The notes beneath the pieces were generated by a model that worked only from the letters and a program-made list of their open reading frames with translations, searched no databases and was not told where the DNA came from. Position numbers and translations under genes: made by a program. From Mustelus asterias (lineage: Eukaryota): a DNA stretch of 64,000 bases. This document shows, piece after piece, positions 1-12,767 of the stretch; the stretch's first letter is position 1, and each line of letters opens with the position of its first letter. The stretch covers positions 62,001-126,000 of the forward strand of contig NW_027590205.1 in assembly GCF_964213995.1 (NCBI RefSeq). The letters are read 5' to 3'.

Positions 1-121
1 GACACTGCAGGTAACAGAGAATGATTCATTCCCCACTCAACCATTACCATCAAGCCACGGGGTCAACCTGGCATCCCTTAAAAATGAGGTGTCAACCTGG
101 TGAAGCTCCCAAACAGGAGCG

Positions 122-320
122 GGCAGCACGGTGGCACCAGTGGTTAGCACTGCTGTATCACAGCACCAGGGACACAAGTTCATATCCAGCCTCGGGTCAC
201 TATCTGCATGGGTTTCCTCCGAGTGCCGCTCTTCCTTCTCTCAGCCCAAAGATGTGCGGGTTCGGTGGATTGGCCATGCTAAATTTCCCCATAGTCTTAG
301 GGGGATTAGCAGGGTAAATA
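122..320 (+). mobile_element. tRNA-derived SINE (shark HE1-like), partial
   Basis: Head GGCAGCACGGTGGCACCAGTGGTTAGCACTGCTG...CAGCACCAGGGAC and body GGATTGGCCATGCTAAATT recur in more than 10 copies across the window. Confidence 0.8.
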
Positions 321-339
321 CTTTGACTTGATTAATTAT

Positions 340-805
340 TTTGATTTGATTTATTATTATCATATTAGTATACAGTGAAAAGTCTTGTTTCTTGCGCGCT
401 ATACATACAAAGCATACTGTTCATAGAGAAGGAAGCGAGAGAGTGCAGAATGTAGTGTTACAGTCATAGCTCGGGTGGAGAGAAAGATCAATTTAATGCA
501 GGGTAGGTCCATTCAAAAGTCTGCCAGCAGCAGGAAGAAGCTGTTCTTGAGTGGGTCGGTCCGTGACCTCAGACGTTTGTATCTTTTTCCCGACGGAAGA
601 AGGTGGAAGAGAGAATGTCCGGGGTGGGTGAGGTCCTTCATTATGCTGGCTGCTTTTCCGAGGCAGCGGGAAGTGTAGACAGAGTCAGTGGATGGGAGGC
701 CGGTTTGCGTGATGGATTGGGCTACATTCATGACCTTTTGTAGATCCTTGCGGTCTTGGGCAGAACAGGAGCCAGACCAAGCTGTGATACAACCAGAAAG
801 AATGA
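340..805 (-). mobile_element. Rex1/Babar-like LINE 3' fragment
   Basis: ORF 513-731(-) carries HPGHSLFHLLPSGKRYKRLRSRT..LKNSFF, typical of the Rex/Babar RT C-terminus; AT-rich tail near 340; similar copy at ~55435-55745. Confidence 0.7.
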
Positions 806-984
806 GTTAGTGAGAGTTATAGCTGACATGCCCAATTTCCTTCATCTTCTGAGAAAGTCGAGGCATTGACTGTGTTTCTAACTCTGTGGTGTATTTTGTC
901 ACAGGACAGTTTCGATGGAGATTTATTCTGTATCCCTGGGATTTAGAAGGTTCAGGAGTGAGTTGATTGAAGTTTTCTTTAATT

Positions 985-1318
985 CTTTCGTGGGACATGG
1001 GCATCGCTGGCTGAACAGAATTTATTGCATCGAGTTGCTCATCGCGGGCAGTTGAGAGTTAACCTCATTGCTGTGGCTCTGGAGTCACACGTAGCCCAGA
1101 CCACGTAAGGATGGCAGATTTCCTTCCCTAAAAGACATTCGTGAACCAGATGGGTTTTTCCGACAATCGACAATAGTTTCATGGTCACCAGTAGATTCTT
1201 AATTCCAGATATTTTTATTGAATTCCAATTGGTGGGATTCAAACCCAGGTCCCCAGAACATTCGCTGAGTTTCTGGATTAATAGTCTGGAGATAATAGCA
1301 CTAGGCCATTGCCTCTCC
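985..1318 (-). mobile_element. Second tRNA-SINE family
   Basis: Homologous blocks (GGCAGATTTCCTTCCCTAAA, GGGATTCAAACCC) recur at ~49240-49450, ~50570-50830 and ~54230-54600. Confidence 0.55.
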
Positions 1319-3411
1319 TAGTGTCACCTCTCCATCCCTGTCATTCACTCATCATCTCCGCTTCCACCATCCTCATAGGCCGTGCATCCAAACACATTCC
1401 CAGGCTCTGTGTGTGTGTGTGAAAGATGTTTTTCCTCACATTCCCTCACTGCGTCTCTCCTGAAACTTTGAATTGTGTCTCCCTGTCATCCTTGAACCCA
1501 ATCAGCTCACGGCAACAGCTTTCCTTTATCGACTTTATCGAAACCTGTCCTAATCTTGTACATCTCAGTACGGAGGCTGTCTTCATGTTACAATGTTAAT
1601 CTGATCACTCTCATCAAAACAGGATCAACATTTCTGTACAATGTGAGTGACTCATCAGCTCAAATAGTTCAGGTTCAGTGTTTAAAATAACCAGTCACTT
1701 TTCTGTGGCTGCTTTGGGAATGTCAGTGGAATGTAGTTCACAGTCAAGTGTGAACAATTGTATTGGGGAATAATTGGAAGCAGTTTCCATTGAGAGCTTC
1801 CTGCATTCGGGAAATGTGTGTGATCTATTCAGAGATAGGAAATGGACGGATGAATAAAGATGCAGTTTGTTGTGAATTACATGAGATTGTCTGCCTTGAA
1901 GATTCACAAGTTCCATGTGCTGAGAGAAAGGAATGATTAAACAATGTCTATAATTCAAATCCTTCAGACAAGTGAAAAAGCAGGAGAACAACTGAATCCA
2001 CAAACGCTGCCACAGACAGTATTCGAAGCTTCAACTTCATGTTTGAATGTGAAGGGCTGATTGAAATAAACAGGGGGCCACACTGGGATGCTGAGCAATT
2101 TGATTCCTGTTTTTCCTCAACTTCAAAATAAAAATCTGTGATGAAACATTCCTTGGACAGAGCAGAGGGAATTTTACTCTGTATTTCGCCCATTCCAGTA
2201 TTTGCGTTGGGAACATTTGATGAACAGTGCAGGTTAAACATTATTCTGAACCGCTGGAATTTAAGTTGGGGGCTGATTTAATCAAACATTGAAAATAATG
2301 AGGGAAAGGGAGAGGCTGATAAAGAACAAGTTTTTCTGCTGGCTGGGAACTCCAGGATTTGGGAATATTTGAATGTTAGCCTCAGTTTAGAATTTTAGAA
2401 TTGTAGAAATGGAAACATTGCCAGATGTGGTGTGGAGTTAGTTTGAAACAATCTTCTGCAAATGGCTATTGATGCTCAGTCACTTGTTATTATTTATAAT
2501 CTGGGGTTGATAGATTTTCCTTAGTCCAAGGGGTTAAGAGACAGAGAGTTAGATCACAGATCAGCCAGGATCTTATTGAATATTGGAACAGGCTTTCAGG
2601 AAGATTGTTCCAGATTCCAAACACCCTCTTGATGAAGTGCTTTTCCTCACTTCACTTCTGATCCATTTCCCCATCATTTAGAATCTGTGCCCTCTAGTTC
2701 ATGACCATCTCTTAAGAGGGAACAGTTTCTCACTCTTTAACCTGTTGATACCCCTTAGGATCTTGAATCTCTCTCTCAAGTCTCACCTCAGCCTTCTTTC
2801 CTCCGAGGAAAACAGTCCCAACCTCTCCAATCTACCCTTGTAGCTACGGATCGTATTCCCTGGAATCATTCTTGTGAATCTCCTCTGCACTCTCTCCAAT
2901 GTCTTCACATCCCTCCTCAAGTACGGTGCCCAGAACTGGGCACAGTCTCCAGATGAGGCCTAACAAGTGTCTTCTACAAGTTCAATATGAACTCCTTACT
3001 CTTGTCCTCAATCCCTCCATTAATAAAAGCTGGGATACCATATACTTCATTTACTGCTCTCTCAAAGTGCCCTGCCACCTTCACTGACGTATGTACATAT
3101 TAGAATCATGGAATCCCTACAGTGCAGAAGGAGGCCATACAGCCCATCGAGCCTGCGCTGACAACATTCCCACCCAGGCCCTATCCCCGTGATGCAACGT
3201 ATTTACCCTGATAATACTGGCATGAATTGAGAAATGGTTAACGGACAGAAAACAGAACTTAGGTACAAATGGGTCATTTTCAGGGTGGCAGGCTGTGACC
3301 AGCGGCTTATCACAAGGATCAGTACTCGGGAGCCCAGCTATTCACAATCCATATCATTGATTTGGACGTTTGGGATCAAATGTAATATTTCCGAGTTTGC
3401 AGATGACATGA

Positions 3412-3523
3412 ATTGACTGGAATTGTTATAGCTCTAGCTATTGACTGGAATTGTTATAGCTCTAGCTATTGACTGGAATTGTTATAGCTCTAGCTATTGA
3501 CTGGAATTGTTATAGCTCTAGCT
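3412..3523 (+). repeat. Four tandem 28-bp copies ATTGACTGGAATTGTTATAGCTCTAGCT at the 5' truncation point of the CR1
   Basis: Exact copies start at 3412, 3440, 3468 and 3496; the last copy continues in frame into CR1 ORF2 (IDWNCYSSSSLEG). Confidence 0.95.
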
Positions 3524-5832
3524 CGTTAGAGGGGTCAGTTTTTGTTCAAAGCGTGCAGGAAGGTTTTTTGACTCAGTATGTAGACAGGCCAACTAGAGGT
3601 GAGGCTATATTGGATCTGGTGCTGGGAAATGAGCCAGACCAGGTGCTAGACTTGGAAGTTGGTGTGCATTTTGGTGATAGTGACCACAATTCGGTTACGT
3701 TCACCTTAGTGATGGAAAGGGATAGGCATGAACCTCGGGCCAGTGGTTTTAGCTGGGGGAAGGGTAATTATGAGGCTATTAGGAGAGAATTAGGAAACAT
3801 AGGTTGGACTAGGAGATTACAGGGACTGGGAACGTCCGACATGTGGAGTTTTTTCAAGGAGCAGCTACTGCGAGTCTGTGATAGGTATGTCCCTGTCAGG
3901 CAAGGAGGAATTGGTAGGGCTAGGGAACCGTGGTGCACCAAAAAAGTTTCTTTGTTGGTTAAAAAGAAAAAGGAGGCTTATGTTCGGATGAGACGTGAGC
4001 ACTCGGGTAGTGCACTAGAAAGCTTTAGATTGGCTAAGAGGGAGTTGAAGAGCGAGCTTAGAAGGGCTAAAAGGGGACATGAGAAGACTTTGGCGGACAG
4101 GGTTAAAGAGAATCCTAAGGCGTTCTATAGGTATGTCAAGAACAGAAGGTTGGTTAGGGCAAGTTTAGGGCCAGTTATAGATGGCAGAGGGAAGTTATGT
4201 GTGGAACCGGAGGAGATTGGTGAAGCATTGAACCAATATTTCTCTTCGGTGTTCACGCAAGGGGACATGAATATAGCTGAGGAGGACACTGGGTTGCAAG
4301 GGAGTAGAATAGACAGTATTACAGTTGATAAGGAGGATGTGCAGGATATTCTGGAGGGTCTGAAAATAGATAAATCCCCTGGTCCGGATGGGATTTATCC
4401 AAGGATTCTCTGGGAGGCAAGAGAAGTGATTGCAGAGCCTCTGGCTCTGATCTTCAGGTCGTCGTTGGCCTCTGGTATAGTACCAGAAGATTGGAGGTTA
4501 GCGAATGTTGTCCCATTGTTTAAGAAGGGGAACAGAGACTTCCCCGGGAATTATAGACCGGTGAGTCTCACTTCTGTTGTCGGCAAGATGTTGGAAAAAA
4601 TTATAAGGGATAGGATTTATAGTTATTTGGAGAGTAATGAATTGATAGGTGATAGTCAGCATGGTTTTGTGGCAGGTAGGTCGTGCCTTACTAACCTTAT
4701 TGAGTTTTTTGAGAAAGTGACCAAGGAGGTGGATGGGGGCAAGGCAGTGGACGTGGTATATATGGATTTTAGTAAGGCGTTTGATAAGGTTCACCATGGT
4801 AGGCTTCTGCAGAAAATGCAGATGTATGGGATTGGGGGTGATCTAGGAAATTGGATCAGGAATTGGCTAGCGGATAGGAAACAGAGGGTGGTGGTTGATA
4901 GTAAATATTCATCATGGAGTGCGGTTACAAGTGGTGTACCTCAGGGATCTGTTTTGGGGCCACTGCTGTTTGTAATATTTATTAATGATCTGGATGAGGG
5001 TATAGTTGGGTGGATTAGCAAATTTGCTGATGACACCAAAGTCGGTGGTGTGGTAGACAGTGAGGAAGGGTGTCGTAGTTTGCAGGAAGACTTAGACAGG
5101 TTGCAAAGTTGGGCCGAGAGGTGGCGGATGGAGTTTAATGCGGAGAAGTGTGAGGTAATTCACTTTGGTAGGAATAACAGATGTGTTGAGTATAGGGCTA
5201 ACGGGAGGACTTTGAATAGTGTGGAGGAGCAGAGGGATCTAGGTGTATGTGTGCATAGATCCCTGAAAGTTGGGAATCAAGTAGATAAGGTTGTTCAGAA
5301 GGCATATGGTGTCTTGGCGTTTATTGGTAGGGGGATTGAATTTAGGAGTCGTAGCGTTATGTTGCAACTGTACACAACTCTGGTGCGGCCGCACTTGGAG
5401 TACTGTGTGCAGTTCTGGTCCCCACATTACAGGAAGGATGTGGAGGCTTTGGAGAGGGTGCAGAGGAGGTTTACCAGGATGTTGCCTGGTATGGAGGGGA
5501 GATCCTATGAGGAGAGGCTGAGGGATTTGGGATTGTTTTCGCTGGAAAGGCGGCGGCTAAGAGGGGATCTTATTGAAACATATAAGATGATTAGAGGTTT
5601 AGATAGGGTGGATAGTGATAGCCTTTTTCCTCTGATGGAGAAATCCAGCATGAGGGGGCATGGCTTTAAATTGAGGGGGGGTAGTTATAGAACCGATGTC
5701 AGGGGTAGGTTCTTTACCCAGAGGGTGGTGAGGGATTGGAATGCCCTGCCAGCATCAGTAGTAAATGCGCCTAGTTTGGGGGCGTTTAAGAGATCCGTAG
5801 ATAGGTTCATGGACGAAAAGAAATTGGTTTAG
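3469..5832 (+). CDS. CR1 LINE ORF2 (partial endonuclease plus complete reverse transcriptase), 5'-truncated
   Basis: 787-aa open frame with LDLVL, SDHN, KSPGPDG, NYRPVSLTS, DFSKAFDKV, GVPQGSVLGPLLF and FADD, and the CR1 C-terminus LERVQRRFTR..FFTQRVV..WN. Confidence 0.95.
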   Translation: MTGIVIALAIDWNCYSSSSLEGSVFVQSVQEGFLTQYVDRPTRGEAILDLVLGNEPDQVLDLEVGVHFGDSDHNSVTFTLVMERDRHEPRASGFSWGKGNYEAIRRELGNIGWTRRLQGLGTSDMWSFFKEQLLRVCDRYVPVRQGGIGRAREPWCTKKVSLLVKKKKEAYVRMRREHSGSALESFRLAKRELKSELRRAKRGHEKTLADRVKENPKAFYRYVKNRRLVRASLGPVIDGRGKLCVEPEEIGEALNQYFSSVFTQGDMNIAEEDTGLQGSRIDSITVDKEDVQDILEGLKIDKSPGPDGIYPRILWEAREVIAEPLALIFRSSLASGIVPEDWRLANVVPLFKKGNRDFPGNYRPVSLTSVVGKMLEKIIRDRIYSYLESNELIGDSQHGFVAGRSCLTNLIEFFEKVTKEVDGGKAVDVVYMDFSKAFDKVHHGRLLQKMQMYGIGGDLGNWIRNWLADRKQRVVVDSKYSSWSAVTSGVPQGSVLGPLLFVIFINDLDEGIVGWISKFADDTKVGGVVDSEEGCRSLQEDLDRLQSWAERWRMEFNAEKCEVIHFGRNNRCVEYRANGRTLNSVEEQRDLGVCVHRSLKVGNQVDKVVQKAYGVLAFIGRGIEFRSRSVMLQLYTTLVRPHLEYCVQFWSPHYRKDVEALERVQRRFTRMLPGMEGRSYEERLRDLGLFSLERRRLRGDLIETYKMIRGLDRVDSDSLFPLMEKSSMRGHGFKLRGGSYRTDVRGRFFTQRVVRDWNALPASVVNAPSLGAFKRSVDRFMDEKKLV

Positions 5833-5934
5833 GTTGGAGGGTCACAGTTTTTTTTTTTAACTGGTCGGTGCAACATCGTGGGCCGAAGGGCCTGTTCTGC
5901 GCTGTAATGTTCTATGTTCTATGTTCTATGTTCA

Positions 5935-8840
5935 ACTCTGTCCTAAACTGACCCCCCTTTATTTTGAGGCTGTGCCCTCTAGTTCTAGCTTCCTTTCTAA
6001 GTGGAAAGAATCTCTCCACCTCTACCCTACCCAGCCCCTTCATTATCTTATAGGTCTCCATAAGATCCCTCCCTCAGCCTTCTAAATTCCAACGAGTACA
6101 AACCCAATCTGCTCAGTCTCTCCTTATAATCAACACCCCTCATCTCCGGTATCAACCTGGTGAACCTTCTCTGCACTCCCTCCAAGGCCAATATATCCTT
6201 CCGCAAATAAGGGGACCAATACTGCACACAGTATTCCAGCTGCGGCCTCACCAATGCCCTGTACAGATGCAGCAAGACATATCTGCTTTTATATTCTATC
6301 CCCCTTGCGATATAGGCCAACATCCCATTTGCCTTCTTGATCACCTGTTGCACCTGCAGACTGGGTTTTTGCGTCTCATGCACAAGGGCCCCCAGGTCCC
6401 TTTGCACAGCAGCATGTTGTAATTTTTGTCCATTTAGATAATAATCCAATTTGCTATTATTTCCTCCAAAGTGAATCAACTCGCATTTGTCAACGTTATA
6501 CTCCATCTGCCAGATCCTCGCCCACTCACTCAGCCTGTCCAAATCTCTCTGCAGACCTTCTACGCCCTCCGCACGATTCACTTTTCCACTTATCTTTGTG
6601 TCGTCTGCAAACTTTGTTACCCTACACTCAGTCCCCTCCTCCGGATCGTCTATATAAATGGTAAATAGTTGAGGCCCCAGTACCGATCCCTGCGGCACGC
6701 CACTAGTTACTCCAGCTGTGGCCTAACCAACGCTCTGTACAACTCCAACATTAACTCTTTGCTCTTCTACTCTGCGCCATGACTGATAAAAGCAAGTGTC
6801 TCATCTGCCTTCTTTACCACTTGATTCACCTGCTCTGCTGCCTTCAGGGATCTGTGAATAATTGCCCAAGATCCATATGTTCCTCTGAGCTTCCCAGTGT
6901 CCTGCAACTCATTAAATACTCCCTTGCCTTGTTACTGCTTCCAAAGTGCATCACCTCGCACGTATCAGGGTCAAATACCATCTGCCACTGCTCTGCCTAT
7001 CTGACCAACCCAGCGATATCTTCCTGTAACCTACAACCTTCTTCACTATTAACCATCCTACCAATCTTGGTGTCATCTGGAACCTTGCTTATCATTGCCC
7101 CCGCATTATCATCTGTCTCATTTATGTATAACAACAATGAGCCCCCCAGCATGGAGCCTTGTGGTGCACCACTGGACACCGGCCTCCAGCCACTCAAACA
7201 GCCTTCCAACACCACCCTTTGTGTCCAATTACTAACTCAGTTTCGGATCCATCTCGCCAAGTTTTCCTGAATTCCATGTGCTTCTAGGATGGTAAATCTT
7301 TGGAATTCCCTATCCCAGAGGGCTGTGGAGGCTCAGTCATCGTTCACAGACTGAGATGGATAGGTTTCTACAGATTAAACATATTGCAAAGTTTCACCAT
7401 CTGTGACCCCTTGTTCCAGCCTCTCCCCCCGCCCCCCCGCCCCTCTCCCCACCCCCTCAGCCCCTCAGCTGGAGGAAACAACATCCCTGTATTCAGTCAG
7501 TCCAACCCGGTCAGAATTTATACATTTCAATTCGATCCCCTCTCATTCTTCGGAACTCCAGTGAATACAGGCCCAGTCGACTCAATCTCTCCTCATACGA
7601 CAATCCTGCCATCCCAGGAATCAGTCTGGTGTGCCTCCGCTGCTCTCCCTCTATGGTAAGTGCAGCATTTCATAGTTTCAGAGACAAAAACTGTACACAA
7701 TATTCCAGGTGTGGTCTCACCGAGGGCCTGTACAGCTGCAGTAAGACATCCTTGCTCCTTTCCTCAAGTTCTCTTGCAATGAAGGCCAACATATCATTTG
7801 CCTTCCTAACTGTTTGCTGTAGCTGCATGCTTGCTTTCAGTCTCTGGTGTACTGGGACACCCAGGTCCCTTTGTATATCAACATTTCCCAATCTATCACC
7901 ATTTAAATAATCCTCTGCCATTCTGCTTCTCTGTCCGAAGTAGTTAAATTCACGTTTGTCCACGTTATACAGCATCTGCCACACATTTACCCATTCACTC
8001 AATTTTCTGAAGTCACTGTGAAACATTTTAACATCCTTCTCACTACTCACATTCCCAACAAGTTTCATGGCATCAGCAAACTTGGAAATATTATTTTTGG
8101 TTCCCTCATCCAAATCATTGGTGTACATCTCGTGTGTGTCTCAATGTCAGCTCGGAAACATGTACAGCACAATCCCATCCTGTTTCTGTCTTTCTATGGC
8201 TCTGTATCTGTATATATCTCTCTCTGAAATTAGAATAAAGAAAATTACAGCACAAGAACAGGCCCTTCGGCCCTCCAAGCCTGCACCAACCATGTGTGAA
8301 CTAAAACCCCCTCCCCTTCCAGGGACCATATCCCTCTATTCCCATCCTATTCTTGTATTTCTCCAGACGCCCCTTAAAACTCATTATTGTATCTGCTTCC
8401 ACTACCTCTCCCAGCAGCGAGTTCCAGGCACCCACCACCCTCTGTGTAAAAAAACTTGCCTTGTACATCTCCTTTAAACCTTGCCCGTCGCACCTTAAAC
8501 CTGTGCCCCCTAGTAATTGACTCTTCCACCCCGGGAAAAAGCTCCTGACTATCCACTCTGTCCATGCCTCTTATAATCTTGTAGACTTCTATCAGGTCAC
8601 CCCCCCTTGCCTCCGTCATTCCAGTGAGAAAAAACCAAGTTTCTCCAAACTCTCCTCATAGCTAATGCCCTCCACACCAGGCAACATCCTGGTAAATCTT
8701 TTCTGTACCCTCTCCAAAGCCTCCACATCCTTCTGGTAGTGTGGCGACCAGAATTGAACACTATATTCCAAGTGCGGCCTAACAATGGTTCTATAAAGCT
8801 GCAACATGGCTTGCCAATTTTTAAACTCAATGCATGTGGC
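5935..8840 (-). mobile_element. Cluster of degenerate CR1 RT fragments
   Basis: Minus-strand ORFs 6048-6698, 6997-7215, 7670-8128, 8374-8619 and 8616-8885 contain PQGSVLGP, FADD and RPHLEYCVQFWSP motifs. Confidence 0.88.
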
Positions 8841-10719
8841 GTCAAAAGTTTGCTTATTTCCTAAATAACACTGACAACATTTCAAAAGCGCTCCATTGTC
8901 GGTGAAACACTTTTGGAAACCCTAAAGCCATGAATAATACTTTAGAAATGTCCATCCCCCAAGTTGCTGTGAGGACATTCAGAGTCAGTGTGTGACTTGG
9001 GTCAAAGATAGACCAGCGAGGTCTCTCCCTTAATGACATTGAGTGACTCTTTAGCTTTTTTATGATGAGCAGAAACCTTTCATCTCTCTTGTGTCTAATT
9101 CATTCCAATTCTGTCCCTGACATTAATCAGTTGTGACTTTCTGTAGGAGCTGGAATGTTCTCTCTGGCGACAGCGAATCCATTGAGAGGAGGATCAGGTG
9201 TGACCTTTCTCTCCTGGAATCCATCTTTCCTGTTTGTGTCTTGTAGATTGTGTGTGGAGAGAGCAGAGGGAAAAGGCTGAGTGGATTTGTAATGAACAGG
9301 GGTTTGCTTTCATTCACAAACTGGAGCTGAAGCCAACGTGTGCAGATGTGAAGAATGGAGATCAGAAAAGGACCATGGGTAGAATTGGAGACTATTCTGC
9401 CCATCCAGATGTGCTGTCTTTTTGGAAGAGAAATCTAGTTAATCTCTATTTACAGAGGGAGAAGGGATTCCTCCTCCATTATATATCTGTTTAGTTTTAG
9501 GCTGTCTGTGTGAGTGTTAGTGTGTGCATATTTTTCTCAATCTGCCTGTCTCTCAGTCCCCCTGGTCCCAGAATCTGTTTCTCTCTCCACAGATGCTGCC
9601 TGACCTGTTTGGTATGTCCTTATTTTCTGTTTCAGTATCTGAGGAGTTGCGTATGGTGCTGAACATTGTGCAATCATCAGCGAACATCCCCACTTCAGAC
9701 CTTGTGATGGAGGGAAGGTCAGTGATGGAGCAGCTGAAGATGGTTGGGGCCTCGGACACTCACCCTGAGGAACTCCTGCAGGGACGTCCCGGGACTGAGA
9801 GGATCGGCTTTGAGATAATCGGCACATTGGGGGAAAGGTTGAAAACCAGAGGATGCTGAATTCAGGTAAATGGCGACAGCGGCAACATGAGGAAATGTTT
9901 CTAACGTAGTGAGTGTCCAGTATCTGGAATGTACTGTCTGAGGGTGAGGTGGAAGCGGATTCCATCAAGGACTTCCAGGGGAAGTTGAATGGGAAGCTGA
10001 AGGGGAAATATTTACAGGGTGACGGGGAAAGGGTGGAGGAGTGGGAATAGTGACATTGCTCTTGCAGAGTGTCGCACTGGCTTGATGGGGCTGAATGGCC
10101 TCCTGTGCTGTCACCGTTCTATGATTCAGATGCAAGTTATCTTCTCAGTGTCTATTAGACCCCACTCTTTCCTCCATGATCAGTTACAGCATTTTAAGTT
10201 CAGATCCCAGAATGTTTTATTTGGGGATTTGAGGAGTGATTTGTTTTCCAGCCTGGCCGAGAATTTGATGCTGTAACTGAAGCCACGATTGAATGATTCT
10301 GAGGTCAGATTATGATCCACTGAGACACAGCTGGCTCCAAGCTTCCCTGAAAAATGTCGCTGTTGTGTTCCCGGCCAGATGATTTCTCCGTCTTGTGTCG
10401 GCCGGCTGTGCCACAAGGATCTGGACTTTGTTCCCAGATGTTCCCAATGTTTATCAATGATTTGGATGTGGAGACCTAATGTAATATTTCCAAGTTTGCG
10501 GATGACACAGAGCTTGGTGGGAATGTGAGTTGTGAGGAAAATGCAAAGTGGCTTCAAGAGGATTTGGACAGACATTGTCTCTCAGTGCCTCTCTCAATCT
10601 GGCTCTCTCTTTCTCTCACTCTCCTTGACCCTGTCACCTGTTGGTCTCTGCATCTCTCGCTCTCTCTCTCTCTGTGGGAATCTGTAAAAACATATCCACT
10701 AACATGCACACAGACAGAA

Positions 10720-10727
<8 letters not shown>

Positions 10728-10761
<34 letters not shown>
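10728..10761. repeat. (CA)n microsatellite
   Basis: Direct observation. Confidence 0.95.
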
Positions 10762-10763
<2 letters not shown>

Positions 10764-11703
10764 GTGACTGTGAGAATTGTCACAGATCAATCCCAATATC
10801 AGTGAGTAATCTCCAATGCAATAGTTTGTGACCAGGTTGTGCAACATGCATTGAAATGTGGCAATATGGAAGTTGGTTCACTCAGTTGGCTGGACAGCTG
10901 GTTTGAGATGCACAAAGTCTCCAACACGTCATGAAAGCCCAACCCTTTCGACCTTTCCCCTGGCCTGAGGTGTGGTAAATCACCGCCAGTGAGTTCTCCC
11001 CCTCAAAGGGGAGAGCAGCAGATCGTCATCTGGGACTGTGGTCACTTTCCCTTTACCGATGTTCAACTTTATTTCCCTTCCTCAATTTCTGCTCATCTCC
11101 AAGAGACTCGAGCGAAATTCACCCAATCTTTCAACACCAATATTACACACACAATACTGGAGCAATTGGACATTTCACACAACACCCAATAGCTGGTAAC
11201 AAGACCAAACAAAAACTGTTCCAAACAAGAGTGGTGGCACCAGCTGACCACACAAATATATAACTTTAAAGGAATATTCGTCTATCAATCCAGCTGACTC
11301 TCTTTCTCTGTCTATCTAACAGAGAGATTTTTCAGTGCAGTAACAACTGAAACAGGGTAGAATGTAGGAATAAGAAAGACAGGAACTTGTGTAAAATAAA
11401 ACTGAGACACAGGTGAGTTGAGTAATGAATGAAACAAGGCCGAACACAGCAGTATCTCCGATGATGCTGAATGTAAGAGAAAAAGATCAAATCTATTCCT
11501 GGGGAAGTGCAGCAACAGCTTAGAAATTGTCGGGTGTAGTGTAGATAGAGGCATGGCTGCGTGCGTTAATAACTGTGACTTCACTGAGTGCATTGGAAAC
11601 AGTGACATAGTTGAGTGAAGCAATAACTAAGTAAAGACCAATTGTAGTATATACAGAGGGATAGCCCTATGCATTAAGAAGAGAAACTGTATCTAGTTTA
11701 TAG

Positions 11704-11990
11704 GGGTGGCACAGTGGTTAGCACTGCAGCCTCTCAGCGCCAGGGACCCGGGTTCGATTCCCGACTTGCGTCACTGTCTGTGTGGAGACTGCATGTTCTC
11801 CCCGTGTCTGGGTTTCCTCCGAGTGCTCCGGTTTCCTCCCACAGTCTGAAAGACATGCTGTTCGGTGGATTGGCCATGCTAAATTCTCCCTCAGTGAAGC
11901 CGAACAGCGCCGGAGTGTGGCAACTAGGGGATTTTCACAGCAACTTCATTGCAGTGTTAATGTAAGCCTACTTGTGACACTAATAAATAA
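11704..11990 (+). mobile_element. tRNA-derived SINE with GTAAGCCTACTTGTGACACTAATAAA tail
   Basis: A-box and B-box-like head (GGTGGCACAGTGG...GGTTCGATTCC); same tail at ~19125, ~21760, ~43800 and ~45160. Confidence 0.85.
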
Positions 11991-12767
11991 CATTGAAACT
12001 GTATAAAGTGTTATATACACAGATACAGTGCTGAGGTAAAGAGAAATGGAGACATGCTCCACACTCATTACCCAGACATGGTCTAGTTTATTTTTTATAA
12101 AGAGTGACATGGTTAAATGCAGTGATAATTTAAGCAGGTCCCCTCCCTAACAGCACTGTGGGTGTACCTACACCACATAGACAGCAGTGGGTTCAAGACG
12201 GTAGCTCACCACCACCTTCTCCAGGGCAACTAGGAATGGGCAATAAATGCTGACCTAGCCAGTGACACCCACATCACAAGAATCAATAAATATTCATCGA
12301 ACCCAGCACATTGTCCAATGAAATATCAATCCATACATGGTATTAATACAGTGAGAACTCAAAAAGGGTTGATTGTAGTGTCCACAGCAGCATGGTGTCA
12401 TGTAGTATTCACTGAGACAACTGAGCGTATAAACAGCGACTGGGTTGAGTGCAGTGATAACTGGGAAAGGAGCGAATGTCCGGGATTCTCCGGCTGTTCA
12501 CTCGTGGGGAATTCTCTGCTCTCGTACCCCTGCCTCTGGTTTCCTGCTAGCGTGAGGTGACTTCAATGGGAAATCCCATTGACAGCGACAGGACCAAAAA
12601 CTCCCTCTGCTAGTGAACGGTGTGTCACCTCTCACTGCCCAGAAAGCTGCTGAGGGGAGACTGGAGGATCCCAGAAACTATGTTAAAAACAGCCATATTG
12701 GCAACAGCAGGAAAATATTACATCCCAAACTCAGTAATATTCACAATGATATTCTCCAATCAGCTGA

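Larger units (their letters stand above)
3412..5933 (+). mobile_element. Young 5'-truncated CR1 retrotransposon
   Basis: Uninterrupted ORF2, short 3' UTR and (GTTCTAT)n tail ending at 5933. Confidence 0.92.
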
